Source of the DNA: Erysipelotrichaceae bacterium MTC7
Lineage (GTDB): Bacteria; Bacillota_I; Bacilli_A; Erysipelotrichales; Erysipelotrichaceae
Length of the DNA stretch: 32,000 nucleotides
Reading direction: 5' to 3'
NCBI GenBank assembly: GCA_001695645.1
Contig: LVZN01000018.1
Span: forward strand, 7,891 to 39,890
The first letter of the stretch is position 1; each line of letters opens with the position of its first letter. The translations under genes were made by a program, and so were the position numbers. The notes under the pieces were generated by a model. It was given only the letters and a program-made list of their open reading frames with translations. It had not been told where the DNA came from and searched no databases. This document shows positions 10,290-20,117 of the stretch, piece after piece.

Positions 10290-10396
10290 AAACAAGTAGA
10301 GTGCATCATAAGATGCAAGACTTGACAAGTTTGTTATAATTTGAGGACATAGGTGGATATCATTTACTTATGGTCGTCCATTTCATGTTGAAAAAG

Positions 10397-10405
10397 TGAT
10401 ATAAT
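10397..10405 (+). promoter_or_regulatory. Extended -10 (TGATATAAT) candidate for uvrA
   Basis: TGATATAAT lies 22 nt upstream of the uvrA ATG. No good -35. Confidence 0.35.
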
Positions 10406-10426
10406 GGTGAAGAGAATGAGGTTATT

Positions 10427-13255
10427 ATGGAACAAAATACAATACGAATAAAAGGTGCAAGAGAGAATAATTTAAAAAACGTTGATTTAGAAATCCCAAG
10501 AGATAAGATTGTCATTATGACAGGGGTCTCTGGATCAGGTAAGACCTCACTTGCTTTTGATACAATTTATGCTGAAGGACAGCGTCGTTACATGGAGTCA
10601 CTGAGTGCGTATGCACGGCAGTTTTTAGGAAACTCGGAAAAACCAGATGTAGATAGCATTGAAGGGTTATCGCCAGCGATTTCCATCGATCAAAAAACGA
10701 CAAGCAACAACCCAAGATCAACCGTAGGAACAGCAACTGAGATTTACGATTATTTACGTTTACTCTATGCACGCATTGGTGTCCCATACTGTCCGGTTCA
10801 TAACGAACCCATCACCTCACAAACCATCAAACAAATGGTGGATAAAGTGATGGAAGAAGAGGATGGAACAAGACTGCAAATTTTGTCGCCAATCGTGCAT
10901 GGGAAAAAAGGTACGTTCAAAGACTTGATTGAAAAGCTGATGAAAGAAGGATATGTGCGCGCACGTGTGGATGGAGAACTAACGTTACTTGAAGAAGTTA
11001 AGGATTTAGAAAAGAATAAAAAACACAACATTGATGTTGTGGTCGATCGAATCATTAAAAGTTCAGAACGTGGGCGTCTTCATGACTCACTAGAAACAGC
11101 AGTAAAACTTAGTGATGGTTTAGCTGTGGTGCTTGCTGGAAAAGATGAACTTATGTTTTCCAGTAACTATTCATGTAAGTACTGTGATTTTGCTGTACCA
11201 AAACTAGAGCCAAGATTGTTTTCTTTTAATGCTCCTTTTGGTTCATGTCCAGAATGTAAAGGTTTGGGGGTAACGCAAAAAGTTGACTTATCCTTGTTGA
11301 TGCCAGATAAAAACTTGAGTATTATGCAAGGTGGAATTGTCTACTACAAAAACATACTAAAGAAAGATAACTTGGAATGGCAAAACTATAAAGCAATGTT
11401 GGATTATTATGAAATTGATCCAAACAAACCGTTAAAAAATATGACAAAAAAAGAGATGAACTATCTCTTATATGGTAGTGATGTACCAATTGCTTATAAG
11501 ATTTATTCAAAATCAGGTATGGTCACAACAAAAAATCAATACGTGGAAGGAATTGTAAATTTAATTGAACGTCGTTACATGGAGACAACGTCTTCATTTT
11601 CAAGAGAATGGTATGCTTCATTTATGAGTGAAGATATATGTCCTGTCTGTCACGGAACACGTTTGAATGAAGCTGCGTTAAGTGTTCGCGTCAATGATAA
11701 AAACATCAATCAATGGACCCAAATGTCCATCAAACAATCGTTGGTGTTTATGGATCAATTAGAACTAAGCAAAACACAACTATCCATCGCTAAATTGATT
11801 TTAGCAGAAATAAAAAACCGCTTAACGTTCCTTAGTGATGTTGGATTGAACTATTTAACACTTGACCGATTGGCCGGAACCCTAAGTGGTGGTGAAGCAC
11901 AACGTATTCGATTGGCGACACAAATTGGTTCACAACTAACAGGTGTCTTATATGTACTTGATGAGCCAAGTATTGGGTTACATCAACGTGACAATGACCG
12001 CTTAATTGATTCACTTAAGAAAATGCGTGACTTAGGAAACACACTTGTTGTTGTGGAACATGATGAAGAAACGATGCGACAAAGTGATTACATTGTCGAT
12101 ATTGGGCCAGGAGCAGGTGTGCATGGTGGAGAAGTGGTTGCTGCAGGTACGTATGATGAAATCATCAACAATGAAGGCAGTATCACTGCGAACTACTTAA
12201 GTGGTCGTTTGTCGATTCCAATTCCTGAAAAACGGAAAAAAGGAAACGGAAAAGCAATTGAAATTAAAGGTGCTAGCGAAAACAACTTAAAGAACATCAA
12301 CGTTAAGTTTCCGCTTGGAACACTAACTGTGGTAACCGGAGTGTCTGGTTCAGGAAAAAGTAGTTTGGTCAATGAAATCCTTAGCAAAGGGGTTGCGCAA
12401 GCACTTGGACGCATCCGCATGAAACCAGGAAAATTCAAAACGATTAAAGGTATTGAGAACATTGATAAAATCATCAACATTTCACAAGATCCTATTGGTC
12501 GTACCCCACGTAGTAACCCGGCAACCTATACAGGTGTCTTTGATGATATTCGTGATTTGTTTGCCAAAACAACGGATGCAAAAATGCGTGGATATGAAAA
12601 AGGTCGTTTCTCATTCAACGTCAAAGGTGGACGCTGTGAAGCTTGTCAAGGAGATGGAATCATTCGTATCTCAATGCATTTTTTACCAGATGTATATGTT
12701 GAATGTGAAGAGTGTGGTGGAAAACGCTACAACGAAGAAACACTTGAAGTTAAATACAAAGGTAAAAACATTTACGATGTGTTAGAAATGGATGTTGAAG
12801 AAGCTATCGATTTCTTTAAAAATGTACACAAGATTAAACACAAACTGCAAACGCTAGCAGATGTTGGACTTGGTTATATCAAACTTGGACAAAGTGCGAC
12901 AACCCTATCTGGAGGAGAGGCACAGCGGGTAAAACTGGCAAGTGAACTTCAACGTAAAGCAACGGGTAAAACACTGTTTGTGCTTGATGAACCGACAACA
13001 GGTCTACACAGCAGTGATGTGAATACCTTATTAAAAGTACTACAACGGATTGTCAACAATGGAGATACCGTTGTTGTTATTGAACATAATTTGGATGTGA
13101 TCAAATGTGCAGATTATATTATTGATATTGGACCAGAAGGTGGAGATGAAGGTGGTCAAATCATGGGTATGGGTACCCCTGAAAAAATCGCTGCGATTCC
13201 AGAGTCTTACACAGGTCAATACTTAAAACCAATCTTAGAGGAGAAAAACAAATGA
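10427..13255 (+). CDS. uvrA: Excinuclease ABC subunit A
   Basis: 942 aa. Two ABC modules (GVSGSGKTS, GVSGSGKSS; LSGGEAQR twice). Zn-finger Cys pairs (CKYCDF...CPECKG; CEACQGDG...CEECGG). Confidence 0.98.
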   Translation: MEQNTIRIKGARENNLKNVDLEIPRDKIVIMTGVSGSGKTSLAFDTIYAEGQRRYMESLSAYARQFLGNSEKPDVDSIEGLSPAISIDQKTTSNNPRSTVGTATEIYDYLRLLYARIGVPYCPVHNEPITSQTIKQMVDKVMEEEDGTRLQILSPIVHGKKGTFKDLIEKLMKEGYVRARVDGELTLLEEVKDLEKNKKHNIDVVVDRIIKSSERGRLHDSLETAVKLSDGLAVVLAGKDELMFSSNYSCKYCDFAVPKLEPRLFSFNAPFGSCPECKGLGVTQKVDLSLLMPDKNLSIMQGGIVYYKNILKKDNLEWQNYKAMLDYYEIDPNKPLKNMTKKEMNYLLYGSDVPIAYKIYSKSGMVTTKNQYVEGIVNLIERRYMETTSSFSREWYASFMSEDICPVCHGTRLNEAALSVRVNDKNINQWTQMSIKQSLVFMDQLELSKTQLSIAKLILAEIKNRLTFLSDVGLNYLTLDRLAGTLSGGEAQRIRLATQIGSQLTGVLYVLDEPSIGLHQRDNDRLIDSLKKMRDLGNTLVVVEHDEETMRQSDYIVDIGPGAGVHGGEVVAAGTYDEIINNEGSITANYLSGRLSIPIPEKRKKGNGKAIEIKGASENNLKNINVKFPLGTLTVVTGVSGSGKSSLVNEILSKGVAQALGRIRMKPGKFKTIKGIENIDKIINISQDPIGRTPRSNPATYTGVFDDIRDLFAKTTDAKMRGYEKGRFSFNVKGGRCEACQGDGIIRISMHFLPDVYVECEECGGKRYNEETLEVKYKGKNIYDVLEMDVEEAIDFFKNVHKIKHKLQTLADVGLGYIKLGQSATTLSGGEAQRVKLASELQRKATGKTLFVLDEPTTGLHSSDVNTLLKVLQRIVNNGDTVVVIEHNLDVIKCADYIIDIGPEGGDEGGQIMGMGTPEKIAAIPESYTGQYLKPILEEKNK

Positions 13256-14190
13256 GTGTGAAAGTAAGAGAACTGAAAGAACATTTTGATTTTGCCATTC
13301 TTTGTGGTGATGATAAAGCCTTAAACCGAGAAATTACCATTGCAGATCCAAACCGTGCTGGTTTGGAACTTGCAGGGTTCTTTGACTACTCGCAACCCAA
13401 ACGTATCGTAATCCTAGGGGATAAAGAAATCGAATACATCAAGACGATGAGCGATGCGCAAAAAGCGAAGAGTTTCGATTTTATCACAGGTGAAAAAACA
13501 CCAACGATTTTGATTACGAATCGTCATGAATGTCCTGAAGAATTATTGAATATTGCACAAGCTAAGAATTTTCCAATTTTACGTTCTAACCAAAGAACCA
13601 GTCGCATGACAACGAACTTGGTTTCCTACTTGGATGAACGCTTAGCAAAGATTGATTCTTTACATGGGGTTTTATTAAACATCTATGGTAAGGGAGTTAT
13701 GATTCGTGGTGAAAGTGGTATGGGGAAAAGTGAAGTTGCACTTGATTTGGTGCGTCGTGGTCACCAGTTAATTTCTGATGATCTTATTGATTGTTACTTA
13801 ATCCATAATGAAATCGTCGGTTACCCACCAAAGTTATTGGAAGGGTTTATTGAACTAAGAGGTATTGGAATCATTAACATTCGTAAACTGTATGGTTCAA
13901 GTTCGACTTTACCAAAGAAGAAAGTAGATTTTGTGATTGAACTAACAAGTTGGGATAATACACAAGAATATGATCGTGTTGGAATTGAAGATCAAAAATA
14001 TGAATGTATCTTAGGTATAGAAATTCCAAAAATCATTTTGCCAATTCGTGGTGGACGTTCAATGGCTACCATTATTGAAAGTGCAGTAACAAATATTGTA
14101 CTGCAAGAAGAAGGGTACAACTCAGCAAGAGACTTTGAACAACGCGTTTTAAGTTTGATTGAGAACCAAAAACATGAAGGTGACAAATAA
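13252..14190 (+). CDS. hprK: HPr kinase/phosphorylase
   Basis: 312 aa. P-loop GESGMGKSE. ELRGIGIINI signature region. ATGA overlap with the uvrA stop. Confidence 0.95.
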   Translation: MSVKVRELKEHFDFAILCGDDKALNREITIADPNRAGLELAGFFDYSQPKRIVILGDKEIEYIKTMSDAQKAKSFDFITGEKTPTILITNRHECPEELLNIAQAKNFPILRSNQRTSRMTTNLVSYLDERLAKIDSLHGVLLNIYGKGVMIRGESGMGKSEVALDLVRRGHQLISDDLIDCYLIHNEIVGYPPKLLEGFIELRGIGIINIRKLYGSSSTLPKKKVDFVIELTSWDNTQEYDRVGIEDQKYECILGIEIPKIILPIRGGRSMATIIESAVTNIVLQEEGYNSARDFEQRVLSLIENQKHEGDK

Positions 14191-15671
14191 TGCGTTTGTT
14201 TCCAGATTTAAAAACCTTTTTAGAAATTGAAATAGGTGGGTTTCATTTAACAATTGCATGGTATGCTATTTTGATTGTTGGTGGAGCCGTGCTTGCATAT
14301 TATATATCCTTACGCAATGCCAAAAAGATTGGTTATGGCAAAGAATTGTTAGAAGACTACTTCTTGATGATGATGCCACTTGCAATTCTTGGAGCACGTG
14401 TTTGGTATGTCCTGTTTGACTGGGCAAGTTTTGCTAGTGAACCCATTCGCGTTTTCTATATATGGGAAGGTGGACTTGCCATTCATGGTGGCTTGCTTAC
14501 AGGAATTATTTTCTCGTATTTTTTCTTTCGTGCGCGCGGGGTGAATATTTTACGTATTGGTGATTGCATCATGCCAAATGTACTGATTGCACAGGCGATT
14601 GGTCGTTGGGGAAACTTCATGAATCAAGAAGCCTATGGTGGTATTGTTGATGCTTCTTACTTTGAACATTTTCCTAATTTTATACGCGATACGATGTTTA
14701 TTGATGGTGCCTATCGTCAACCGATGTTTCTGATTGAAGGAATTGGAAACATCATTGGGTTTATCCTAATTGTGACATTGTTCAAACGCTTTTTACGAAA
14801 AAAGAATGGAGACATGATTTTCGCATATGTGATTTGGTATGGTATCGTGCGCTTTATTGTAGAAATTTATCGTACGGATGCGCTTTATGCTGGTAGCTTA
14901 AAAATCGCACAGATTACAAGTATCGTCTTTGTGCTTGTAGGACTCTTAGGCTTGGCAGGAGTGTTTGATAAACTGTTAAAGCATGTATATCCATTTAAAA
15001 AAGAAAAACCGGTTGTCCTCTTTGATGCAGATGGAACCTTGATTGATACACAACAATTGATCTTTGATAGTTTCCGTCATACGTTTGCAACGTTAAAACC
15101 AGAAATCGTATTAAGTGATGAGGACTTGTTGCCATTTATGGGACCACCGCTTTATGAAAGTCTTGCCAAATATTTCGATGCAAGTGAAGTGGATCACGCA
15201 CTTGAAGTGTACCGTGAATTCAATCATGGAAAACACGATGCATACGTGAAAGCCATTCATCATGCAAAAGAATTGTTACAATACTTAAAAGACAACGATT
15301 ATGAAATAGGTGTGGTATCAAGTAAGATGCACTGGTTGGTGGATCAAGGACTTTCGGAAAGTGGATTGTCAGATTTCTTTGATGTCATTATTGGACGTGA
15401 AGATGTCACAAACTACAAACCAAATCCAGAACCGTTGTTGCTTGCATGTAAAGAAATGCGAGTTTCGCATGATGATCTTATTTATGTTGGAGATGCACCT
15501 AGCGATGTCATGGCTGCAAAGAATATGGGTGCTGTAAGTATTGCTTTTATTCATGATATACGAAACAAAGAAGCATTATCAAAGACAAACCCTAGTTACA
15601 TGGTATATGATTTGATTGAGATTAAAGAAATACTTAAGGAGGATCGCACATGGAACGAATTAGTGATGTAG
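14190..15671 (+). CDS. lgt: Fusion protein: prolipoprotein diacylglyceryl transferase (Lgt, ~aa 1-265) + PpaX-like HAD pyrophosphatase/phosphatase (~aa 272-493)
   Basis: Single uninterrupted 493-codon frame. The N-terminal part is multi-TM with the Lgt motif GRWGNFMNQEAYGG. The C-terminal part carries HAD motifs VLFDADGTLIDT, VVSSK and YVGDAPSDV. It is colinear with Bacillus PpaX (LPFMGPPL, REFNHGKHD, KPNPEPLL). No ATG/GTG/TTG or SD at the junction (KHVYPFKKEKPVV). TAATG overlap with hprK. Confidence 0.88.
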   Translation: MRLFPDLKTFLEIEIGGFHLTIAWYAILIVGGAVLAYYISLRNAKKIGYGKELLEDYFLMMMPLAILGARVWYVLFDWASFASEPIRVFYIWEGGLAIHGGLLTGIIFSYFFFRARGVNILRIGDCIMPNVLIAQAIGRWGNFMNQEAYGGIVDASYFEHFPNFIRDTMFIDGAYRQPMFLIEGIGNIIGFILIVTLFKRFLRKKNGDMIFAYVIWYGIVRFIVEIYRTDALYAGSLKIAQITSIVFVLVGLLGLAGVFDKLLKHVYPFKKEKPVVLFDADGTLIDTQQLIFDSFRHTFATLKPEIVLSDEDLLPFMGPPLYESLAKYFDASEVDHALEVYREFNHGKHDAYVKAIHHAKELLQYLKDNDYEIGVVSSKMHWLVDQGLSESGLSDFFDVIIGREDVTNYKPNPEPLLLACKEMRVSHDDLIYVGDAPSDVMAAKNMGAVSIAFIHDIRNKEALSKTNPSYMVYDLIEIKEILKEDRTWNELVM

Positions 15672-16585
15672 TGATCATCGGAGCTGGACCTGCAGGAATG
15701 ACTGCAGCGATTTATGCTTCACGCGCTGGATTAAAAACCATCATGCTTGAAGCAGGAGCCCCTGGTGGAAAACTAACAAAAACAAATGAAATAAGTAATT
15801 ATCCTGGATACGCTTCGGCAAATGGATTTGAACTTGCAACACAAATGTTTCAACATTCAACAACTTTCGGTGCCCAATATGTATACGGAAATGTGGTAGA
15901 TATCGAAATTGATAAAACAAACAGTGGATTTCATTCTGTCATTACAGATGATGATACTGTATATAAAACAAGAAGTGTTATCATTGCCACAGGAACAAAG
16001 GAACAATTGTTAAACGTGCCTGGAGAAATGGAAAACATTGGACGTGGTGTAAGTTATTGTGCTGTTTGTGACGGAGCTTTTTTCAAAGGAAAGAAAGTTG
16101 CTGTCATCGGTGGTGGTAACTCGGCATTGGAAGAAGCACTATACTTGGCAACACTTGTCGAAAAGGTATATGTCGTCATTCGACGTGATGTCTTTAGAGC
16201 TGATCGTATTGTCGTTGAACATATTGAAAACACACCAAACATCGAAGTGATTCGTGAAAAAAAGGTCGAAGAAATCGTAAGCGATGGAACGGCAGTAACG
16301 GGTATCAAACTATATGATAGTCACGATGAAAGTAAAAAAGAACTACTTGAAGTCAGTGCTGTGTTCCCGTATATTGGAGCAACGCCAATTAGTAGTTGGA
16401 TTGCTGATGAAGGTGTCACAGATGCTGAAGGTTACATCATCGTTGATGAAAACATGGAAACAAAAATTCCAGGTTTATTAGCTGCTGGGGATGTAACAAA
16501 GAAATCGTTACGTCAAGTCGTTACCGCAACCAATGATGGCGCAATTGCTGCACAAAGTTGTGTTCGCTACATAAAATGTGTCTAA
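15650..16585 (+). CDS. trxB: Thioredoxin-disulfide reductase
   Basis: 311 aa. VVIIGAGPAGMTAA, redox CAVCDG, GGGNSALEEA, VIRRDVFRA (NADPH site), AAGDV. AAGGAGGA SD. 22-nt overlap with the upstream gene. Confidence 0.96.
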   Translation: MERISDVVIIGAGPAGMTAAIYASRAGLKTIMLEAGAPGGKLTKTNEISNYPGYASANGFELATQMFQHSTTFGAQYVYGNVVDIEIDKTNSGFHSVITDDDTVYKTRSVIIATGTKEQLLNVPGEMENIGRGVSYCAVCDGAFFKGKKVAVIGGGNSALEEALYLATLVEKVYVVIRRDVFRADRIVVEHIENTPNIEVIREKKVEEIVSDGTAVTGIKLYDSHDESKKELLEVSAVFPYIGATPISSWIADEGVTDAEGYIIVDENMETKIPGLLAAGDVTKKSLRQVVTATNDGAIAAQSCVRYIKCV

Positions 16586-16588
16586 ATC

Positions 16589-16623
16589 AAACACTTGCCA
16601 TATAAATGGTGAGTGTTTTTTTG
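16589..16623 (+). terminator. Rho-independent terminator after trxB
   Basis: AAACACTTGCCAT / ATGGTGAGTGTTT imperfect 13-bp stem (outer 7 bp perfect: 16589-16595 / 16612-16618), followed by T-run 16616-16623. Confidence 0.75.
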
Positions 16624-16648
16624 TTATACTACAAAAGAGGGCGAATGT

Positions 16649-17305
16649 ATGAGAATAGAAAAGCTAACAAAACGAACAACAATATTTACGATTTTTGAAG
16701 CATGTGAAGGATTTGATTTACACATTCAATTAATCGAAGGGAAACACCGAAACTATGTCATCGATACAGGGCTAGGAAGCAAAAGTTTAGAGCCGATATT
16801 AACATATTTAAAGGATAGTGAAAAAGAACTTATTGTGATTAATACACATCATCACTACGACCACATATGGGGAAATCTTTGCTTTAAAAATCATACCATC
16901 ATCGGGCATCGCAAGATTCTTGAAGCAATTGATAACGATTGGCAAAGAGCGACAACTTTATTTATCGAATGGAAACAAGGAGAGATTGAAAAAGTGTATC
17001 CAAACCTTGTCTTTGATGATTGTGTTTCATTTGTCGATGATGGTATTGAAATCTTTTATGCACCAGGACATGCAGGTTGTGACATTGCCATCTATGATGC
17101 GGTTGATCAAACCTTAAATGTTGGGGATAACATAGGTGATACACCTGAAAATCTAGTCCCAGACCTTACTTGTGATGTTGATACCTACAAAGCAAGCTTA
17201 GCACGTTATGAAACGTACAAAGTTCGACATGTGATTTCTGGACACAATTGCATTATGGATGCTTCGGTTTTTCAAAAGATTCGTCAAGCGCTATCCAACG
17301 AGTGA
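16649..17305 (+). CDS. MBL-fold metallo-hydrolase
   Basis: Start moved from 16613, which lies inside the terminator, to the ATG at 16649 after AAGAGGG. HxHxDH motif NTHHHYDHIWGN. APGHAGCD and SGHN downstream metal ligands. Confidence 0.85.
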   Translation: MRIEKLTKRTTIFTIFEACEGFDLHIQLIEGKHRNYVIDTGLGSKSLEPILTYLKDSEKELIVINTHHHYDHIWGNLCFKNHTIIGHRKILEAIDNDWQRATTLFIEWKQGEIEKVYPNLVFDDCVSFVDDGIEIFYAPGHAGCDIAIYDAVDQTLNVGDNIGDTPENLVPDLTCDVDTYKASLARYETYKVRHVISGHNCIMDASVFQKIRQALSNE

Positions 17306-17358
17306 TAAGCGATTTTTGTCTATAGTTATGCTATAATATTTGCAAGGTGGTGGGTGTC

Positions 17359-18222
17359 ATGGAAGAAAATAAAAAACAAAATATAATCCTCGTTACTGGT
17401 ATGTCAGGTGCAGGGAAAACCAGTGCCATTGGGGTGCTTGAAGATATGGGATATCACTGTATTGATATGTTTCCAGTGCAACTCTTAGATGAACTAGGAA
17501 AAATCATTAGTGATCAACATGATCCGCGGTATCAAAATATTGCCTTTGCGACCAGTGCACAAGATTACCAAAAATTTCTTTCATACTTTGAAGGAAGAGA
17601 TAAAAACGTGCGCGTGGTGTATTTGGATGCAAGCAATGAAGAACTGTTGCGTCGCTACAAATTCACAAGACGCAGTCATCCACTCATCGTAAGTGGAAAA
17701 GCAAATACGCTTGAAGAAGCTATTGAAGCAGAACGTGATTTGTTTAACGATATCAATTATCGTAAGGTCATTCACATTGATACAACCAAGCTTTCAATCA
17801 AAGCGTTACGTCAAATGTTGGAATCAAGACTTGCACTTGATGCAAAAGACAGCTTTGTGATTTCATTTGTTTCGTTTGGTTATAAAAATGGAGTGCCATT
17901 AGATGCCGATTTAATGTTTGATGTGCGGTTTTTACCAAACCCATACTGGATTGAAAGCATGCGTAATCAAACGGGTGATGATCAAGATGTGTATGAGTTT
18001 GTAATGGAAAAAGAAGCCACACAAACGTACTTACAACACTTGCTTCCATTCTTGGATTATTCGTTTGAACAATACAAGAATGAAGGAAAGAATCATCTAA
18101 CGGTAACCATCGGTTGTACAGGTGGACAACACCGTAGTGTAACGTTGGTGAATTATTTATTTGATTATTATCGCAATCGCTATAAGTGCCACAAAGGACA
18201 TCGGGATAAAAAGGTGGACTAA
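17359..18222 (+). CDS. rapZ: RNase adapter / nucleotide-binding protein RapZ (YvcJ)
   Basis: Start placed at the ATG at 17359 (AAGGTGG SD 8 nt upstream) instead of the track's GTG at 17347. P-loop GMSGAGKTS. C-terminal IGCTGGQHRSV motif. Confidence 0.93.
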   Translation: MEENKKQNIILVTGMSGAGKTSAIGVLEDMGYHCIDMFPVQLLDELGKIISDQHDPRYQNIAFATSAQDYQKFLSYFEGRDKNVRVVYLDASNEELLRRYKFTRRSHPLIVSGKANTLEEAIEAERDLFNDINYRKVIHIDTTKLSIKALRQMLESRLALDAKDSFVISFVSFGYKNGVPLDADLMFDVRFLPNPYWIESMRNQTGDDQDVYEFVMEKEATQTYLQHLLPFLDYSFEQYKNEGKNHLTVTIGCTGGQHRSVTLVNYLFDYYRNRYKCHKGHRDKKVD

Positions 18223-19155
18223 ATGAAAAATGTTGTTGTTATCGGTGGAGGGACAGGCCAATCTGTCATCCTACGCGGTATGAAAGATATTGAAGATATT
18301 AAACTGACAACCATTGTGACGGTTGCAGATGATGGAGGTAGTACAGGGCGTTTGCGTGATGCATATCAAATCCCTGCAATGGGTGATATTCGAAACGTCA
18401 TGACAGCTTTAGCAGAAAGTGAAACCCTGCTTTCTTCTTTGATGGATTTTCGTTTTGATGGAGAAGGTGACATTTCTGGTCATAACCTGGGAAATCTTTT
18501 GCTGACAGCTTTAACGCAAATCAGCGGAAACTTCTTGGAAGCGATTCAAACGTTTTCACGCGTCTTACGTGTGAAGGGCGAAATTGTTCCTTCAACAACG
18601 CAAATGGTGACTTTGATGGCCATCATGGAAGATGGAACTAAAGTTGCAGGAGAAAGCAACATTCCAAAGTTTCATAACCGGATTGACAAGGTTTACTTTG
18701 AAGATAAAGTATTCGCCACAAAGCGTGCAATTTCAGCGATTACCAATGCAGATTACATTATTTTTGGAATTGGGAGTTTGTACACCAGTATCCTGCCCAA
18801 CATTATTATTCCAGAAATTGTAAGTGCCTTAAAAGCGAGCAAGGCAAAGAAAATTTACTGCTGCAACGTCATGAGTCAACCTGGAGAAACCGATCATTTT
18901 ACCATGGAAGACCATGTGGAAGCGTTGGAAAAACATACATACAAAGGTATCATTGATACGGTGGTGATGCATAATAACATCCTCCATGAGAAAACATTGA
19001 ACCTGTACCAAGAAGAAGATAGTTATCCCATCTGGGAAGCGAGTCGAACACATCCTTACGAGGTCGTAAAATATGACCTTTTAAAGTTTGATGACGGCTT
19101 GATTCGTCATGATAGTATGAAAATTAAACGAGCATTTGAAGAAATATTAGGATAA
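18223..19155 (+). CDS. yvcK: YvcK-family gluconeogenesis/cell-shape factor (CofD-like, UPF0052)
   Basis: 310 aa. VVIGGGTGQSVILRG, VADDGGSTGRLR, GPGSLYTS-like GIGSLYTSILPN. Starts on the base after the rapZ stop. Confidence 0.93.
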   Translation: MKNVVVIGGGTGQSVILRGMKDIEDIKLTTIVTVADDGGSTGRLRDAYQIPAMGDIRNVMTALAESETLLSSLMDFRFDGEGDISGHNLGNLLLTALTQISGNFLEAIQTFSRVLRVKGEIVPSTTQMVTLMAIMEDGTKVAGESNIPKFHNRIDKVYFEDKVFATKRAISAITNADYIIFGIGSLYTSILPNIIIPEIVSALKASKAKKIYCCNVMSQPGETDHFTMEDHVEALEKHTYKGIIDTVVMHNNILHEKTLNLYQEEDSYPIWEASRTHPYEVVKYDLLKFDDGLIRHDSMKIKRAFEEILG

Positions 19156-19167
19156 GGAGTGAATGAG

Positions 19168-20103
19168 GTGTCCTTCACAAGTGATGTAAAAAAAGAAATA
19201 TGTCTATATGACTGGAATGACGATTGTAAAAAAGCACTGTTGAGTGCATTTTTGCAATTGAGTGCGTCACTTCATTTTACAAGTGAAGGTACAGCCATTA
19301 GCGCAAAAAGTGAGAATGTATCAACAGCGAAGTACATTTACCAAATCATTAAAGAGTTATATCAAGTAGAAACACAACTTTCTATTATAAAAAAGATGAA
19401 GCTGAAAAAGAATAATATCTACGTGATTCGCATCAAAACCAAAGCACTCGAAATCTTAACCGATTTAGATATATTGAATGATGCAGGGTTGAATGAAACC
19501 CCAAGTAAAAAAATCGTAAAAGATGAAGACTGCATCAGAGCATACTTAGCAGGTGCATTTCTAGCCAATGGAAGTGTGAACTCACCAGTGAAAAGTAACT
19601 ACCATTTAGAAATCACTACGACACATAGTGCGTTGGCAAAATATTTAGCGAAACAAATGAATCATTTTCACTTGTTAGCGAAAGTCACAAAACGTAGAAA
19701 CCATGAGATGGCCTACATCAAAGCGAGTGATAAGATTAGTGATTTCTTAAAAATTGTTGGTGCAAGTACCTCCTTGTTTGCCTTTGAAGATACGCGAATT
19801 CAAAGAGACTTTATGAACTCGTTAACACGTTTGGATAACTGTGAACTAGCAAATGAAGTGAAGACGATGAAGGCGGCTCAAAAACAATTGGAAGATATTG
19901 ACTGGATTGATAACTATGGGGGAATTGAGAACTTAGCAGAACCTTTACAACGCGTCGCTTATACACGAAAAGCCCATCCAGAAGCCAATCTAAACGAGTT
20001 ATGTGAATACTATGAAGAAACATACAACGAAAGTATTTCGAAATCTGGAATACGTCATCGTTTGAATAAAATACGCGACATTGCGCAAGAGTACAAACGT
20101 TAG
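19168..20103 (+). CDS. whiA: DNA-binding sporulation/cell-division regulator WhiA
   Basis: Start placed at the GTG at 19168 (AAGGAG ends 8 nt upstream), giving MSFTSDVKKEI like the canonical WhiA N-terminus. The track's GTG at 19159 overlaps the SD. LAGLIDADG-like middle (AYLAGAFLANGSV). C-terminal HTH (ISKSGIRHRLNKI). Confidence 0.93.
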   Translation: MSFTSDVKKEICLYDWNDDCKKALLSAFLQLSASLHFTSEGTAISAKSENVSTAKYIYQIIKELYQVETQLSIIKKMKLKKNNIYVIRIKTKALEILTDLDILNDAGLNETPSKKIVKDEDCIRAYLAGAFLANGSVNSPVKSNYHLEITTTHSALAKYLAKQMNHFHLLAKVTKRRNHEMAYIKASDKISDFLKIVGASTSLFAFEDTRIQRDFMNSLTRLDNCELANEVKTMKAAQKQLEDIDWIDNYGGIENLAEPLQRVAYTRKAHPEANLNELCEYYEETYNESISKSGIRHRLNKIRDIAQEYKR

Positions 20104-20117
20104 GAGGAACTAGAACT

